The position numbers and the translations under genes are program-made. A stretch of 64,000 bases of DNA, taken from contig CALRGC010000001.1 of the NCBI GenBank assembly GCA_943357105.1, positions 17,045 to 81,044 of the forward strand, in the 5' to 3' direction. Below the pieces are notes generated by a model. The model made no database searches. It was not told where the DNA came from and saw nothing but the letters and a program-made list of their open reading frames with translations. The stretch comes from Candidatus Magasanikiibacteriota bacterium (GTDB lineage Bacteria; Patescibacteriota; Patescibacteriia; Magasanikbacterales; GWA2-37-8). This document shows, in pieces, positions 1 through 9,476 of this stretch. The stretch's first letter is position 1. Every line of letters starts with the position of its first letter.

Positions 1-98
1 TAAGAGCGGCAGGGAGGAGAGCAAAAACCGTTCACCAACCTGTTTTGTTTCTAAATATTTTGGAAATAAAATAAGTGAACGGTTTTTGTTTTTTATAG

Positions 99-127
99 AT
101 TGCCAAAAGCGTTTTTTTACATTATAA
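99..127 (+). promoter_or_regulatory. sigma70-like promoter (TTGCCA-17-TATAAT) for the MgtE-N/CBS gene
   Basis: TTGCCA at 99-104 and TATAAT at 122-127, followed by an AAGGGG RBS and ATG at 150. Confidence 0.5.
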
Positions 128-149
128 TTAAGGGGTAATAATTTTTGGT

Positions 150-1364
150 ATGCCATATTTAAGTCGTATTTTAAATAGCACTGTCAGTGATAGTAGTGAA
201 GCGGTAGTTGGCAAGCTAGAAGATATTTTGGTGAAACCAAAAGCGGGGGAATATTGTCCGCTTGAATATCTGATTGTCAAAAAGCGTCATTCCAAAAAAA
301 GAGTAATTATTCCTTATGAGGCGGTGGAAAATTTTAGCAAAGAAGAAGTTTCTTTGCGTGTTTTATTTTCCAAAATAAATTTTTTGGATACTGTGCCAGA
401 AGGTTATGTCCGACTTAATCGCGATGTGATGGATCAACAAATTGTGGATTTGTCCGGCGCGCGGGTAGTGCGGGTAAACGATCTTCGTATTGGTGATTTT
501 GAAGGCAAAATGAATGTTTTAGCGATAGATATTAGCAATCGCGGGCTTTTGCGTCGCTTGGGTGTCACTTGGCTGGATCTATTTAATTTGATGAAAGTAA
601 ATTTGATTGACTGGCGCAAAGTGCAACCGGTAAAAGGCGAATTAAAATTGGATAGCGCTTCAAAAGATCTTACGAAATTGCATCCGGCCGACATCGCCAA
701 TATTGTGGAAGATTTAAATTTAAAACAAGGTAGTAATTTAGTTTTGTCACTCGACAAAAATACGGCCGCGCAAGTATTTGAGGAGATTGATCCGGAGATG
801 CAAAAATTGTTGATTTCTCATCTTAGTCCCGAACACGCCGCGCGTATTAGTGAGCGCATGTCGGTAGATGAGCTAGTGGATTTGATTCACTTTTTGCCGG
901 AACACAAATCCAAACAACTGATGGATTATGTGGAAAAAGATCGTATGAAACATGTCCACAAACTTTTGAAATATGAGGACAATACGGCCGGTGGTTTGAT
1001 GTCGCTAGATTATCTCAGTTGTTTACCGGAAGAGACGGTGGGTCAGGCGATAGAGAAAATTAGAAAACTTTCCGATAAATTTCGCGCCATTAACTATGTC
1101 TATATTTTGGATGATAAAAATAAATATAAAGGGGTAGCATCTTTGCGCAGATTGCTCATCAATGATTCTAGCACTCCTATTGGTAAGATTATGAAAAAAA
1201 GTACCAACTTACCGGTGTTGCATCCAAATCATTCCATAAAAAGAGTGGCTCATATGATGACCAAATATGATCTCAATACCGTGGCCGTGCTGGATAAAGA
1301 TAATAATTTTTTGGGAGTCGTAACGGTCGATGATGTGATGCGCGTATTACTGCCAAACGCCTAA
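150..1364 (+). CDS. MgtE N-terminal domain plus CBS-pair cytosolic protein with no membrane domain
   Basis: 404 aa; MgtE_N-like helical region followed by tandem CBS domains (end ...VLDKDNNFLGVVTVDDVMRVLL); no TM helices; stop lies 3 nt before the next gene. Confidence 0.7.
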   Translation: MPYLSRILNSTVSDSSEAVVGKLEDILVKPKAGEYCPLEYLIVKKRHSKKRVIIPYEAVENFSKEEVSLRVLFSKINFLDTVPEGYVRLNRDVMDQQIVDLSGARVVRVNDLRIGDFEGKMNVLAIDISNRGLLRRLGVTWLDLFNLMKVNLIDWRKVQPVKGELKLDSASKDLTKLHPADIANIVEDLNLKQGSNLVLSLDKNTAAQVFEEIDPEMQKLLISHLSPEHAARISERMSVDELVDLIHFLPEHKSKQLMDYVEKDRMKHVHKLLKYEDNTAGGLMSLDYLSCLPEETVGQAIEKIRKLSDKFRAINYVYILDDKNKYKGVASLRRLLINDSSTPIGKIMKKSTNLPVLHPNHSIKRVAHMMTKYDLNTVAVLDKDNNFLGVVTVDDVMRVLLPNA

Positions 1365-1367
1365 AAT

Positions 1368-2624
1368 ATGAGCACTGAAAAAAAACCTAAAAGACTTTGG
1401 ACCAAGATTTTATTAATCAGTTCGGTAGTTGGGCCGGGGATTATTGCCGGCACAGCCGATAATGACGCCGGTGGTATCGCCACTTATTCGGTGGCTGGCG
1501 CGCAATTTGGATATCATTTGATTTGGGTATTATTTTTGGTTACTTTTGTTTTGGCGATTACGCAGGAGATGGGCGCGCGTCTGGGAATAGTCTCAGGCAA
1601 AGGTTTGGCCGCTTTGATTCGTGAAAATTTTCCTTTCAAAGCGACATTTCTCATAATACTTTTAAGTTTTATCGCCAATTGGGCTAATATTTTGGCCGAT
1701 GTCGCCGGTATGTCGGCGGTTGCTAATATTTATGGAATTCCAGCCTGGATTTTTGTTTTAAGCTCGGCGGCTTTGCTTAGTTGGTTGGTAATTTCTGGTA
1801 ATTTTAAAAATATTCAGCGGGTATTTCTCACTTCTTCGCTAATGTATCTGGCTTATGTATTTGCCGGATTTATGATTCATCCGGATTGGACTGAGGCGAC
1901 CAGATCAATTGTGGTGCCGTCAATTATTCCAACCGCCAATTTTTTATTTATGGCGATTGCCTTAATTGGTACTACCGTTACTATCTGGGGACAGTTTTTT
2001 GTGCAATCATATTTTGCGGAAAAGGGTGTGCGAGCCGAAGATTTGCCGTTGGCTAGATTGGATGTTGGCGCGGGCGCGATTTGGACAAATTTTGTCGCTT
2101 TTTTTATCATTGTGGCGACTGCCGGCACGCTGTATGTGAAGCATATTAACATTTCCGATGCCGCGGACGCCGCGTTGGCACTCGAGCCATTTGCCGGCGC
2201 TTTGGCCAAGCATCTTTTCGCGTGGGGTTTATACAATGCCGCCATGCTTGGCGCCGGTGTGGTGACGATTTCTACCGCTTACACGATTACCGAAGCGTTT
2301 GGTTGGGAGGGTAAAATAAATGCCGGTTTTAAAGAATCCGCTTCGTTTTATAAGATATTTTTGTTTTGTATTTTTTCGGCGGCTCTGCTTGTGCTCGTGC
2401 CACATTTTCCGATAGTGCCGGTACTGGTCGCCTCGCAAGCATTAAATACTTTTATCTTGCCAATCTTGTTTATTTTTTTGTTGCGCCTGCTCAATCGCAA
2501 AGATATTATGGGCAAATATACCAATGGAATGAGTAGTAATATTTTTGGTTGGGTTTCAATTGTCGGCCTATCGCTTTTAAATTTAGCTTATTTTGTCTAT
2601 CTGATTGTTTCTAAATTTAGATAA
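1368..2624 (+). CDS. Nramp/SLC11-family divalent cation transporter with a non-canonical metal-site motif
   Basis: 418 aa; about 11 TM helices; TM1 motif GPGIIAGTADNDAGG; TM6 region lacks the canonical MPH motif. Confidence 0.8.
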   Translation: MSTEKKPKRLWTKILLISSVVGPGIIAGTADNDAGGIATYSVAGAQFGYHLIWVLFLVTFVLAITQEMGARLGIVSGKGLAALIRENFPFKATFLIILLSFIANWANILADVAGMSAVANIYGIPAWIFVLSSAALLSWLVISGNFKNIQRVFLTSSLMYLAYVFAGFMIHPDWTEATRSIVVPSIIPTANFLFMAIALIGTTVTIWGQFFVQSYFAEKGVRAEDLPLARLDVGAGAIWTNFVAFFIIVATAGTLYVKHINISDAADAALALEPFAGALAKHLFAWGLYNAAMLGAGVVTISTAYTITEAFGWEGKINAGFKESASFYKIFLFCIFSAALLVLVPHFPIVPVLVASQALNTFILPILFIFLLRLLNRKDIMGKYTNGMSSNIFGWVSIVGLSLLNLAYFVYLIVSKFR

Positions 2625-3762
2625 TTTTGGCGATTGTTGTTAGCCAATTGGCGGCGGCTTTTTCCCAAGAGTAATTTTCGGCCACAGCGTGGCCTTTTTT
2701 AATATAACTATTTTTTAGTTCGGTGTCAGTGAGTAAAATTTTCATCGCTTGACTCAAGTCACTTATCTTATTGGGGTTTACTAGATAGCTGGCGTTATCG
2801 GTAATTTCCGGCAGAGAGGCGCGATTGGCGGCAATGGTAGGTGTGCCCATACGCATAGCTTCAATGAGTGGGAAGCCAAAACCTTCATAGAAACTATCAA
2901 AAATAAATAATGAAGACAGAGAATAAAAAATTGGTTTATCTTCGGCGGCAATGTAGCCAATAAATTTTATATTTGATGCCAGCGGAGATTTGGTGGCGGT
3001 ATCATAAATCTCTTTATTTTTCCAGCCGGGCGCGCCAACAATTATTAGTGAATATTTGGCGGTAATTTCAAGGGGTAACTTTTCATAAGCCTTGATAATT
3101 GTTGTAATATTTTTGCGCGGTTCAATTGACCCTAAGAATAAAATAAAATTTTCCGGTAGACCATATCGGTTTAGGACTCTGGTTTTGTCGGCGGCCAAAT
3201 TTGGGTTGGTTAGAGAAAAATTATCATTCACACCAGGGTAGATTACCTCTATTTTTTCTTTTGGTATTTCATAATAATTCATCAGATCACGTTTGGTATT
3301 GGCCGATGGTACGATGATTAGTTTGGCACTTTGACACTGTCTTTTTGAGCCGATTATTTTGTGCCAGAAATTTTGTTTGGCGGTATAGAATTCGGGGAAT
3401 AGTTTAAATGACAGGTCGTGAATAGTAAGTATATACGGAATTGTAGAGGAAAGATTAAAAAAATTAAGATTAGGCGCGTACCAGCAGTCAATTTTGACCG
3501 GAATAAATTGATCGATTTTTATCAATTTGAGCGTAAGCGCCAGATTGAAAATTTTATTTGGATAACGGCTTTCTATATAGTGAACATTATCCTGTTGCCA
3601 GGGTAAATTTTTGAGATTATAATTTTTGACGGCATTATAAAATAAATAATATTGATTTTTGGTATCCAATTTAAAAACAGCGCTGAGGAGCTCATAAGTA
3701 TACTCGCCAACGCCGGTTTTGTTTTTGGTCATGAGTGGGCGGATGTCGATGCCGATATTCAT
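2617..3762 (-). CDS. glycosyltransferase family 4 (GT1 fold)
   Basis: C-terminal EGFGFPLIEAMRMGTPTI motif; start trimmed to MNIGIDIRPL because the upstream ORF extension runs into the repeat element. Confidence 0.75.
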   Translation of the reverse strand: MNIGIDIRPLMTKNKTGVGEYTYELLSAVFKLDTKNQYYLFYNAVKNYNLKNLPWQQDNVHYIESRYPNKIFNLALTLKLIKIDQFIPVKIDCWYAPNLNFFNLSSTIPYILTIHDLSFKLFPEFYTAKQNFWHKIIGSKRQCQSAKLIIVPSANTKRDLMNYYEIPKEKIEVIYPGVNDNFSLTNPNLAADKTRVLNRYGLPENFILFLGSIEPRKNITTIIKAYEKLPLEITAKYSLIIVGAPGWKNKEIYDTATKSPLASNIKFIGYIAAEDKPIFYSLSSLFIFDSFYEGFGFPLIEAMRMGTPTIAANRASLPEITDNASYLVNPNKISDLSQAMKILLTDTELKNSYIKKGHAVAENYSWEKAAANWLTTIAKII

Positions 3763-3784
3763 AGTGTGTTCAAGTATCACGCCT

Positions 3785-3950
3785 GAGAAGACATTTGGCA
3801 ATTTTTACCTGATAAAAGTTCGCATAATTGGCTATAAATTTTCGTTACGGCTCTAAGGGTAGAGCCGTTGCCCTGACGGGCACCACGAAAATTTACTTAC
3901 GCCAATTAGGGGCTCACTTTTATGCGGTAAAAATTGCCAAATGTCTTCTC
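3785..3950. repeat. Structured repeat family 1, copy 1: conserved ~130 bp core inside a 25-bp perfect copy-specific inverted repeat
   Basis: Terminal IR gagaagacatttggcaatttttacc / ggtaaaaattgccaaatgtcttctc; core is about 88% identical to 17006-17135; paired positions covary between the two copies. Confidence 0.8.
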
Positions 3951-5052
3951 AGTCTAGATTATTCTGGAATTGAGAAAACTGTTCGGTTACAAAATTTTTT
4001 ATTTCGTTTTTGAAACGGTCGGTAGAAAAATTTTGCGCGTGCGCGCGAATTTTGGCGCTGTCAAATGCGCTTGAGTCAAAATTCAGCAGTGTATGTAGTA
4101 GTGATTCCCAAGTTTGTTGTTCAAAAAATACTCCAGTTTCATTAGGCAAAACTGTTTCGGTAGCACCTCCCTGACTGTAAGCAATTACGGGGCGGCCAGC
4201 GGCCATGGCTTCGAGCGGAGTGATGCCAAAATCTTCTTTTTGGGGATGGATAAAGGCAATCGCTTCACTGAGAAGCTGAGCTTTTTCATCTTCGGAAATT
4301 TTTCCGTAAAATTCAATATTGGCCTTGGCGATTTTTTTCAGATAAGGATATTCTGATCCGATACCAAAAATTTTTAGCGGCCAACCCAGACGATTGAAAA
4401 CTTTTATTACTAAATCCAGGCGTTTGTATGGCACGAGGCGCCCACCGGCCACATAATAATTTCCTACTTTGGCCGCGGTTTGAAATCTATCGGTATCAAC
4501 CGGCGGAAAAATGACTTGACTGTCACGGCGATAATATTTATTGATGCGACGTTTTACCGTATTGGAATTGGCAATAAAATTATCTACGCGTTTAGTACTG
4601 AGTTGATCCCACAAACGCAAGCGATGAGTCAAAATTGGTAAGAAAATTTTTACCAGCCGATTATTTTTGAGATCCGACAGATAATTATTGCCGTCACCCC
4701 ACAAAAAACGCGGCGGGGTGTGACAATAGGCGATATGCAGAGTGTCGGTGGAGGTGATTATGCCCTTGGCAAACCCGGACGAAGAAGAAATAACCAGATC
4801 ATAGCCCTGGAGTTGGTGACGCTCGGTGGCTACAGGCATCAGTGGCAAATACCACTGGAAGATTTGATTGACAAAAGGCAAGCGATTGAGAAAAGAAGTA
4901 TGAATTTTATCCTGATCCAAATAATTTATTTTGTTGGCATCGTGAAATAAAACAAAAATTGGCGCGTCCGGCCAAATTTCGTGTAAGGCTTTGAGCACTC
5001 TCTCCGCCCCTCCATCTTGAGACAGATAGTCGTGAACTAGGGCGACCTTCAT
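3949..5052 (-). CDS. glycosyltransferase family 4
   Basis: 367 aa; N-terminal MKVALVHDYL; GT4-like; TGA stop at 3949-3951 overlaps the repeat IR. Confidence 0.75.
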   Translation of the reverse strand: MKVALVHDYLSQDGGAERVLKALHEIWPDAPIFVLFHDANKINYLDQDKIHTSFLNRLPFVNQIFQWYLPLMPVATERHQLQGYDLVISSSSGFAKGIITSTDTLHIAYCHTPPRFLWGDGNNYLSDLKNNRLVKIFLPILTHRLRLWDQLSTKRVDNFIANSNTVKRRINKYYRRDSQVIFPPVDTDRFQTAAKVGNYYVAGGRLVPYKRLDLVIKVFNRLGWPLKIFGIGSEYPYLKKIAKANIEFYGKISEDEKAQLLSEAIAFIHPQKEDFGITPLEAMAAGRPVIAYSQGGATETVLPNETGVFFEQQTWESLLHTLLNFDSSAFDSAKIRAHAQNFSTDRFKNEIKNFVTEQFSQFQNNLD

Positions 5053-6470
5053 ATGATGGATCCGGTTTTGCGCAAAACAATAAAAGGAGTTTTAATTAAA
5101 ATTACCAGATCGGTAAATAGGCTCCAATGTTCAATATAGAAAATATCCAGGCGCGCTTCTTCGTCAAAGCTCAGATTGCTACGTCCGGAAATCTGAGTAA
5201 TACCGGTGATGCCCGGTTTGATAGCCAGCACGGTTTTGTGCCATTTCTCATATTTGTTTACTTCGCGTTCCTGGTGAGGGCGCGGACCAACCAAACTCAT
5301 TTCACCCTTTAAAACATTATAAAATTGCGGAATTTCATCAATGCTCAATACACGAATAAAACGACCAAATGGGGTAATGCGCGGATCATTTTTTATTTTA
5401 TAAACCGGTCCTTTTTTTTCACTTTTTTCTTCAATTAATTTTTTTTCCAGTTTCAGCGCCTCTTGTCCGTTTTTACCAAACTGTTCGCCGGTGCAATATT
5501 TTTGGTACATTGAACGGAATTTGAGGGTAAGAAATTTTTTGCCTTCTTGCCCCACGCGTTCATTTTTATAAATAATCGGCGTTCCGGTTTCGAGCAAAAT
5601 TATTAACGAAGTAATCAAAAATATTGGCAGAAAAATTATCATTAAAAATAGACTGCCGACAATATCCACGGTGCGTTTGAGTATGCGACCCCAGCCACCC
5701 AGGCGGGTGCGACGCAATTCAATAATTGGAATGCCGGCAATCGTGGATACGGCCATATTGGAAGAAACGGTAGCGAAAAGGTCGGCCGAATATTTGAAAG
5801 TGATGTGGTGCTCGTTGGCAAAATCTATGGCTTGCAGAGCTTCATCTTCGTGACTCTTGGGATCGGTAAAAATAATTTCATCAATACCGGTTTTTTTCAA
5901 AGTTTTTAGTTGGTTTAAATTAAAATTAGGAATCTGTCCAATAATTTTATAACCAAAATGGGAATGTGAATCTAAAGTATTCAAAATTTGTTCTTCTATT
6001 TGGCCACTACCAATAATCACGGTGCGGCGCAGACCAAGCCCCAGGCGATAGCAGAGAATTTTTAGCAGTCGCCAAGCGATTCTGCCGGCATAAACATAGA
6101 TAATGGCAAAAATCCAACTAGCTAAAACCAAAAAGCGTGAATCAAATTTTTGGAAAGTAAAAAAGACATAAATTGTAATCGCGGCAAACCCAGTAGCACA
6201 GGCAAAAAAGACGCGATTGAGTTCGCTGGTGAGTTTGCGATTGGGATTGGCGCTGTATAACCCGGAAAAAGCGAAGATAACTATCCAGCCGCCCGCGACT
6301 ATAAGTGCCAATGGCCAATATTTTTCCCAAGGTAAATTAAAAATCACCGGACGAATGGCCGTAGTGATCTTGGCAAAACGCAAACTATAGGCCGTAAAGG
6401 CGGCCAATATCAGCATGAGATAATCTAGAGGTAGCTGTAAAAAAGTAAATGTAAGTTCAAAGCGTTTCAT
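5049..6470 (-). CDS. undecaprenyl-phosphate sugar phosphotransferase (WbaP/bacterial sugar transferase family)
   Basis: 473 aa; N-terminal TM helices; C-terminal sugar-transferase domain (LSIDEIPQFYNVLKGEMSLVGPRP); 4-nt overlap with the downstream GT gene. Confidence 0.8.
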   Translation of the reverse strand: MKRFELTFTFLQLPLDYLMLILAAFTAYSLRFAKITTAIRPVIFNLPWEKYWPLALIVAGGWIVIFAFSGLYSANPNRKLTSELNRVFFACATGFAAITIYVFFTFQKFDSRFLVLASWIFAIIYVYAGRIAWRLLKILCYRLGLGLRRTVIIGSGQIEEQILNTLDSHSHFGYKIIGQIPNFNLNQLKTLKKTGIDEIIFTDPKSHEDEALQAIDFANEHHITFKYSADLFATVSSNMAVSTIAGIPIIELRRTRLGGWGRILKRTVDIVGSLFLMIIFLPIFLITSLIILLETGTPIIYKNERVGQEGKKFLTLKFRSMYQKYCTGEQFGKNGQEALKLEKKLIEEKSEKKGPVYKIKNDPRITPFGRFIRVLSIDEIPQFYNVLKGEMSLVGPRPHQEREVNKYEKWHKTVLAIKPGITGITQISGRSNLSFDEEARLDIFYIEHWSLFTDLVILIKTPFIVLRKTGSII

Positions 6471-6529
6471 GCTCTATATTTTAAGGCAAAATGCCAATAT
6501 AGTCAATTTATTGACAAAAGTCGCATTTC

Positions 6530-6892
6530 GTGCAGAAGCTCGTCGGGGAGGCCATCCCCGCCGAAATGACCGTCGGCGGCGTCACCTATGAGATCCTCTC
6601 CTTCCACGAGGAAGGTGAAAACTCGGTCGGCGGCGGTGTCATGGTCGAGCGTTCCAAGACGCTCAACGCCCACCAGGGCAAAAAGGAGCGGGAACACCTT
6701 CTGGCCAACCAGGCCGACATTCCGGTGGCCTGCCGCGGCAGGACGGCTTTCGTCTTCACCGACGAAAGGCATCCTGACGTTCCCGACGAGGGCGTCTACT
6801 ATGTCTGCTGGCGCGACGGCCGCTGGGTCGAGGGCTGGGACTGGCTCGACGAAGACTGGGGTCGCGGCGACCGGGTGCTCCGTCGCAAGTAG
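6530..6892 (+). CDS. hypothetical protein encoded in a high-GC (~63%) island, probably foreign or a gene fragment
   Basis: GTG start; strong GC3 codon bias unlike its neighbours; antisense ORFs on the other strand are GC artefacts. Confidence 0.4.
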   Translation: MQKLVGEAIPAEMTVGGVTYEILSFHEEGENSVGGGVMVERSKTLNAHQGKKEREHLLANQADIPVACRGRTAFVFTDERHPDVPDEGVYYVCWRDGRWVEGWDWLDEDWGRGDRVLRRK

Positions 6893-7091
6893 CCCTAGGA
6901 TTCTGGGCACCTTGGTCCTCAAGGTCGCTTGGATCATCCTTCGGTTCACTTTGGTAATTGGCCCACATCAGTACGATCCTTCGGGATACGACTGGTGTGG
7001 GCGCTTCGTTTTTATGCTGGTTATGGTCTTAAAATAGGTTGACAAAAACACTTTTTGGATGTATGATAATAATATATAATTAGAAATAATT

Positions 7092-7328
7092 ATGCAAAAA
7101 AATAATTTACAATTTTCAGTTGTTTATCAACAAGATCTCGACGGTGGTTTTATTGCTACTGTTCCCGCTTTGCCTGGTTGCCATACTCAAGGAAAAGATT
7201 TATCTCAGACTACTTTTAGAATAAAAGAAGCGATAGATTTGTATTTGGAAAGTTTTAAATCTGAAAAATCTATTCGTCAGGCCGCACAAAAACAAATTTT
7301 ATTTGGAACGGTAATGATAGGTGGTTAG
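7092..7328 (+). CDS. hicB: HicB-family antitoxin
   Basis: 78 aa; HicB/UPF0150 N-terminal domain (FIATVPALPGCHTQGKDLSQ). Confidence 0.7.
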   Translation: MQKNNLQFSVVYQQDLDGGFIATVPALPGCHTQGKDLSQTTFRIKEAIDLYLESFKSEKSIRQAAQKQILFGTVMIGG

Positions 7329-7566
7329 TATGGTTAGCTTTAGTCAATTACCAAATCTAAAAGCAAAACAATTAGTGCGTGTTTTGGAAAAGATAGGTTT
7401 TGTGGTGGTCAGGCAAAAAGGCAGTCACGTTATTTTGGTTAATGAAAAAAGTAAACTGCGTACCGTTGTACCAGTGCACACAGGAGAAACAATTAGAAAA
7501 TCATTGTTGATGGAAATTATAAAACAAGTAAATTTAACGGTAGAGAATTTTTTGGAGTTGTTATAA
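7321..7566 (+). CDS. hicA: HicA-family mRNA interferase toxin
   Basis: 81 aa; KGSHVIL...VPVHTGETI motif; 8-nt overlap with hicB. Confidence 0.7.
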   Translation: MVSMVSFSQLPNLKAKQLVRVLEKIGFVVVRQKGSHVILVNEKSKLRTVVPVHTGETIRKSLLMEIIKQVNLTVENFLELL

Positions 7567-7579
7567 TTAGAAGTATATT

Positions 7580-7607
7580 CAAAATAGCCAAATAAGGCTA
7601 TTTTTTA
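7580..7607 (+). terminator. intrinsic terminator after hicA
   Basis: atagcc-aaataa-ggctat stem followed by a T-tract. Confidence 0.6.
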
Positions 7608-7660
7608 ATATCCAAGATTGACTTTTGCCCATAATTTAGATAAAATTAACCCATTAAAAT

Positions 7661-7960
7661 ATGCAATTAATAATCCTCGCTAGCCAAGTCAGTGATCCCG
7701 AACAGTTTATCCGCCGTTGTGGATATGGACAGCACCGCACGCGTACCGGTGAGACTAGTTATGTGAAGCGTGTGCATCGCGACTGGTATCCGCGTTTCCA
7801 TGTGTATGTGAAAAAACAGGGTGAAAATTTTGTTTTCAATCTGCATCTGGATCAGCGGGCGCCGGTATATGAAGGTCAGACCGCTCATGCCGGGGAATAT
7901 GACGGCGAAGTAGTAGAGCGAGAAATGGAAAGAATTAAAAGTTTTGTAGTAGCAGTATGA
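7661..7960 (+). CDS. hypothetical protein (99 aa) with a 4-nt overlap onto the adk start
   Basis: Non-repetitive ORF, slightly GC-elevated; ATGA overlap suggests translational coupling with adk. Confidence 0.4.
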   Translation: MQLIILASQVSDPEQFIRRCGYGQHRTRTGETSYVKRVHRDWYPRFHVYVKKQGENFVFNLHLDQRAPVYEGQTAHAGEYDGEVVEREMERIKSFVVAV

Positions 7961-8616
7961 AAAAAATATTAATATTTATTGGTCCACCAGGATCCGGCAA
8001 AGGCACTCAGGCCAAATTGTTGGCGCAAAAATACGGTTTTAAACATATTTCTACCGGTGATTTATTGCGCGCGCTTTCTGTGGATGCTAAAGCTAGCGCT
8101 GAACAGAAGACAGCTTTGGAAGAAATGAAAGCCGGTAAGCTCGTGCCTGATTGGTTGATCTATGAACTGGCTTTTGAGGCGGTGAAAGAAAATTTAGCAA
8201 GCGGTAAAGGCGTGGTACTCGATGGCGCGATTCGCAATGTTGAACAGGCCCAAAAATATCAAGATTTTTTTGAACAAAATGGTTGGAACGATGAAGTGGC
8301 GGTAATAGAAGTGGCCTTAAGTGACGAAGAAGCATTTAATCGCTTGACCAAGCGCCGTATTTGTAAAAATTGTGGTGAAATAATTCCCTATTTATCAGCT
8401 ACCAAAGATTTAGTTGATTGCCCTAAATGTGGTGGCAAATTAATTTATCGCCAAGATGATAAAAAAGAAATAATTGAAGCGCGTATTCGTGAACAAGGCA
8501 ACGAAGCCTTGAAGCCAATCGTGGATTTTTATGAAAAGTTGGGAATATTAAAAGTTTTGGACGGAAATCAAACTATTGAAAAAGTGAATGCTGAAATTTT
8601 TGCGTTATTTGAATAA
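7957..8616 (+). CDS. adk: adenylate kinase
   Basis: P-loop GPPGSGKGTQA; zinc lid CKNCG...CPKCG. Confidence 0.92.
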   Translation: MKKILIFIGPPGSGKGTQAKLLAQKYGFKHISTGDLLRALSVDAKASAEQKTALEEMKAGKLVPDWLIYELAFEAVKENLASGKGVVLDGAIRNVEQAQKYQDFFEQNGWNDEVAVIEVALSDEEAFNRLTKRRICKNCGEIIPYLSATKDLVDCPKCGGKLIYRQDDKKEIIEARIREQGNEALKPIVDFYEKLGILKVLDGNQTIEKVNAEIFALFE

Positions 8617-8625
8617 TTTTATCTT

Positions 8626-9438
8626 ATGGCCAACATTAAAACTCCAGCGGAAATAAAACAAATTATCACTGCCTGTAAATTGACCGGCGAGATTTTGGAA
8701 AAATTGCAAAAGTGGGTAAGGCCGGGAGTGAGTACTTTGGAAGTAGATGAATTGGCCGAAAAAATGATTCGTGATGCTGGTGGGCGCCCGGCTTTTAAAG
8801 GCTATACGACTGGTCCTGGTGATTCTCCATTTCCCAATACTATTTGTGCATCCGTAAATGAAGAGTTGGTGCACGCTATTGCCACCAAAGAAAAAGTTCT
8901 CAAAGACGGCGATATTTTTACGATTGATATTGGTATGCAATGGCCATTTAAAAAAGGTGAGCCGGGATATTTTACCGATACGGCCGTGACTTTTGTGGTG
9001 GGCAATAAAAAACCAACTGCGGAAATTCAGAAATTATTGGATGTGACGCGCGATTCGATGTATGCCGGTATCGCGGCGGCGGTGCCGGGTAATAGTGTGG
9101 CTGATATTGGTAAAGCGGTAGAAAATTATGTAAATTCCAAAGGCAAATATGGTATCGTGCGTGATTTGGTTGGGCACGGAGTAGGCCACGCGGTGCATGA
9201 AGATCCCAAGATTCCAAATTATTACGATCCAAAATTGGAAAAGATAAAACTCAAACCCGGGATGGTGATTGCGATTGAGCCGATGATTGCGCTGGGGACT
9301 TGGAAGGTGAAAATGCACGATGATGGGTGGACTATTTTGATGGCGGATAATTCGATGTGTGCGCATTTTGAGCATACGGTTGTCATTACTGAAACTGGGA
9401 ATATTGTGGCGACTCAGCGGCCTAGTGAGAAGATTTAA
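8626..9438 (+). CDS. map: methionine aminopeptidase type I
   Basis: 270 aa; conserved D/H/E metal ligands; conserved adk-map order. Confidence 0.9.
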   Translation: MANIKTPAEIKQIITACKLTGEILEKLQKWVRPGVSTLEVDELAEKMIRDAGGRPAFKGYTTGPGDSPFPNTICASVNEELVHAIATKEKVLKDGDIFTIDIGMQWPFKKGEPGYFTDTAVTFVVGNKKPTAEIQKLLDVTRDSMYAGIAAAVPGNSVADIGKAVENYVNSKGKYGIVRDLVGHGVGHAVHEDPKIPNYYDPKLEKIKLKPGMVIAIEPMIALGTWKVKMHDDGWTILMADNSMCAHFEHTVVITETGNIVATQRPSEKI

Positions 9439-9476
9439 ATTTATCATTTCATAAATATTTTAATCTCTCTCGCCTG

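Noticed and set aside
22-88. Long hairpin (aaaaccgttcac ... gtgaacggtttt) at the window start as another structured-repeat copy
   Set aside because: The loop is AT-rich with no conserved GC core. It is more likely an ordinary bidirectional terminator of the unseen upstream gene, and it is truncated by the window edge.
3828-4013. MAINFRYG... small ORFs (also 17030-17278) that look like a conserved small protein
   Set aside because: The conservation is at the nucleotide level; differences are non-synonymous and compensatory in hairpins; the downstream parts diverge completely. I interpret it as a structured non-coding element.
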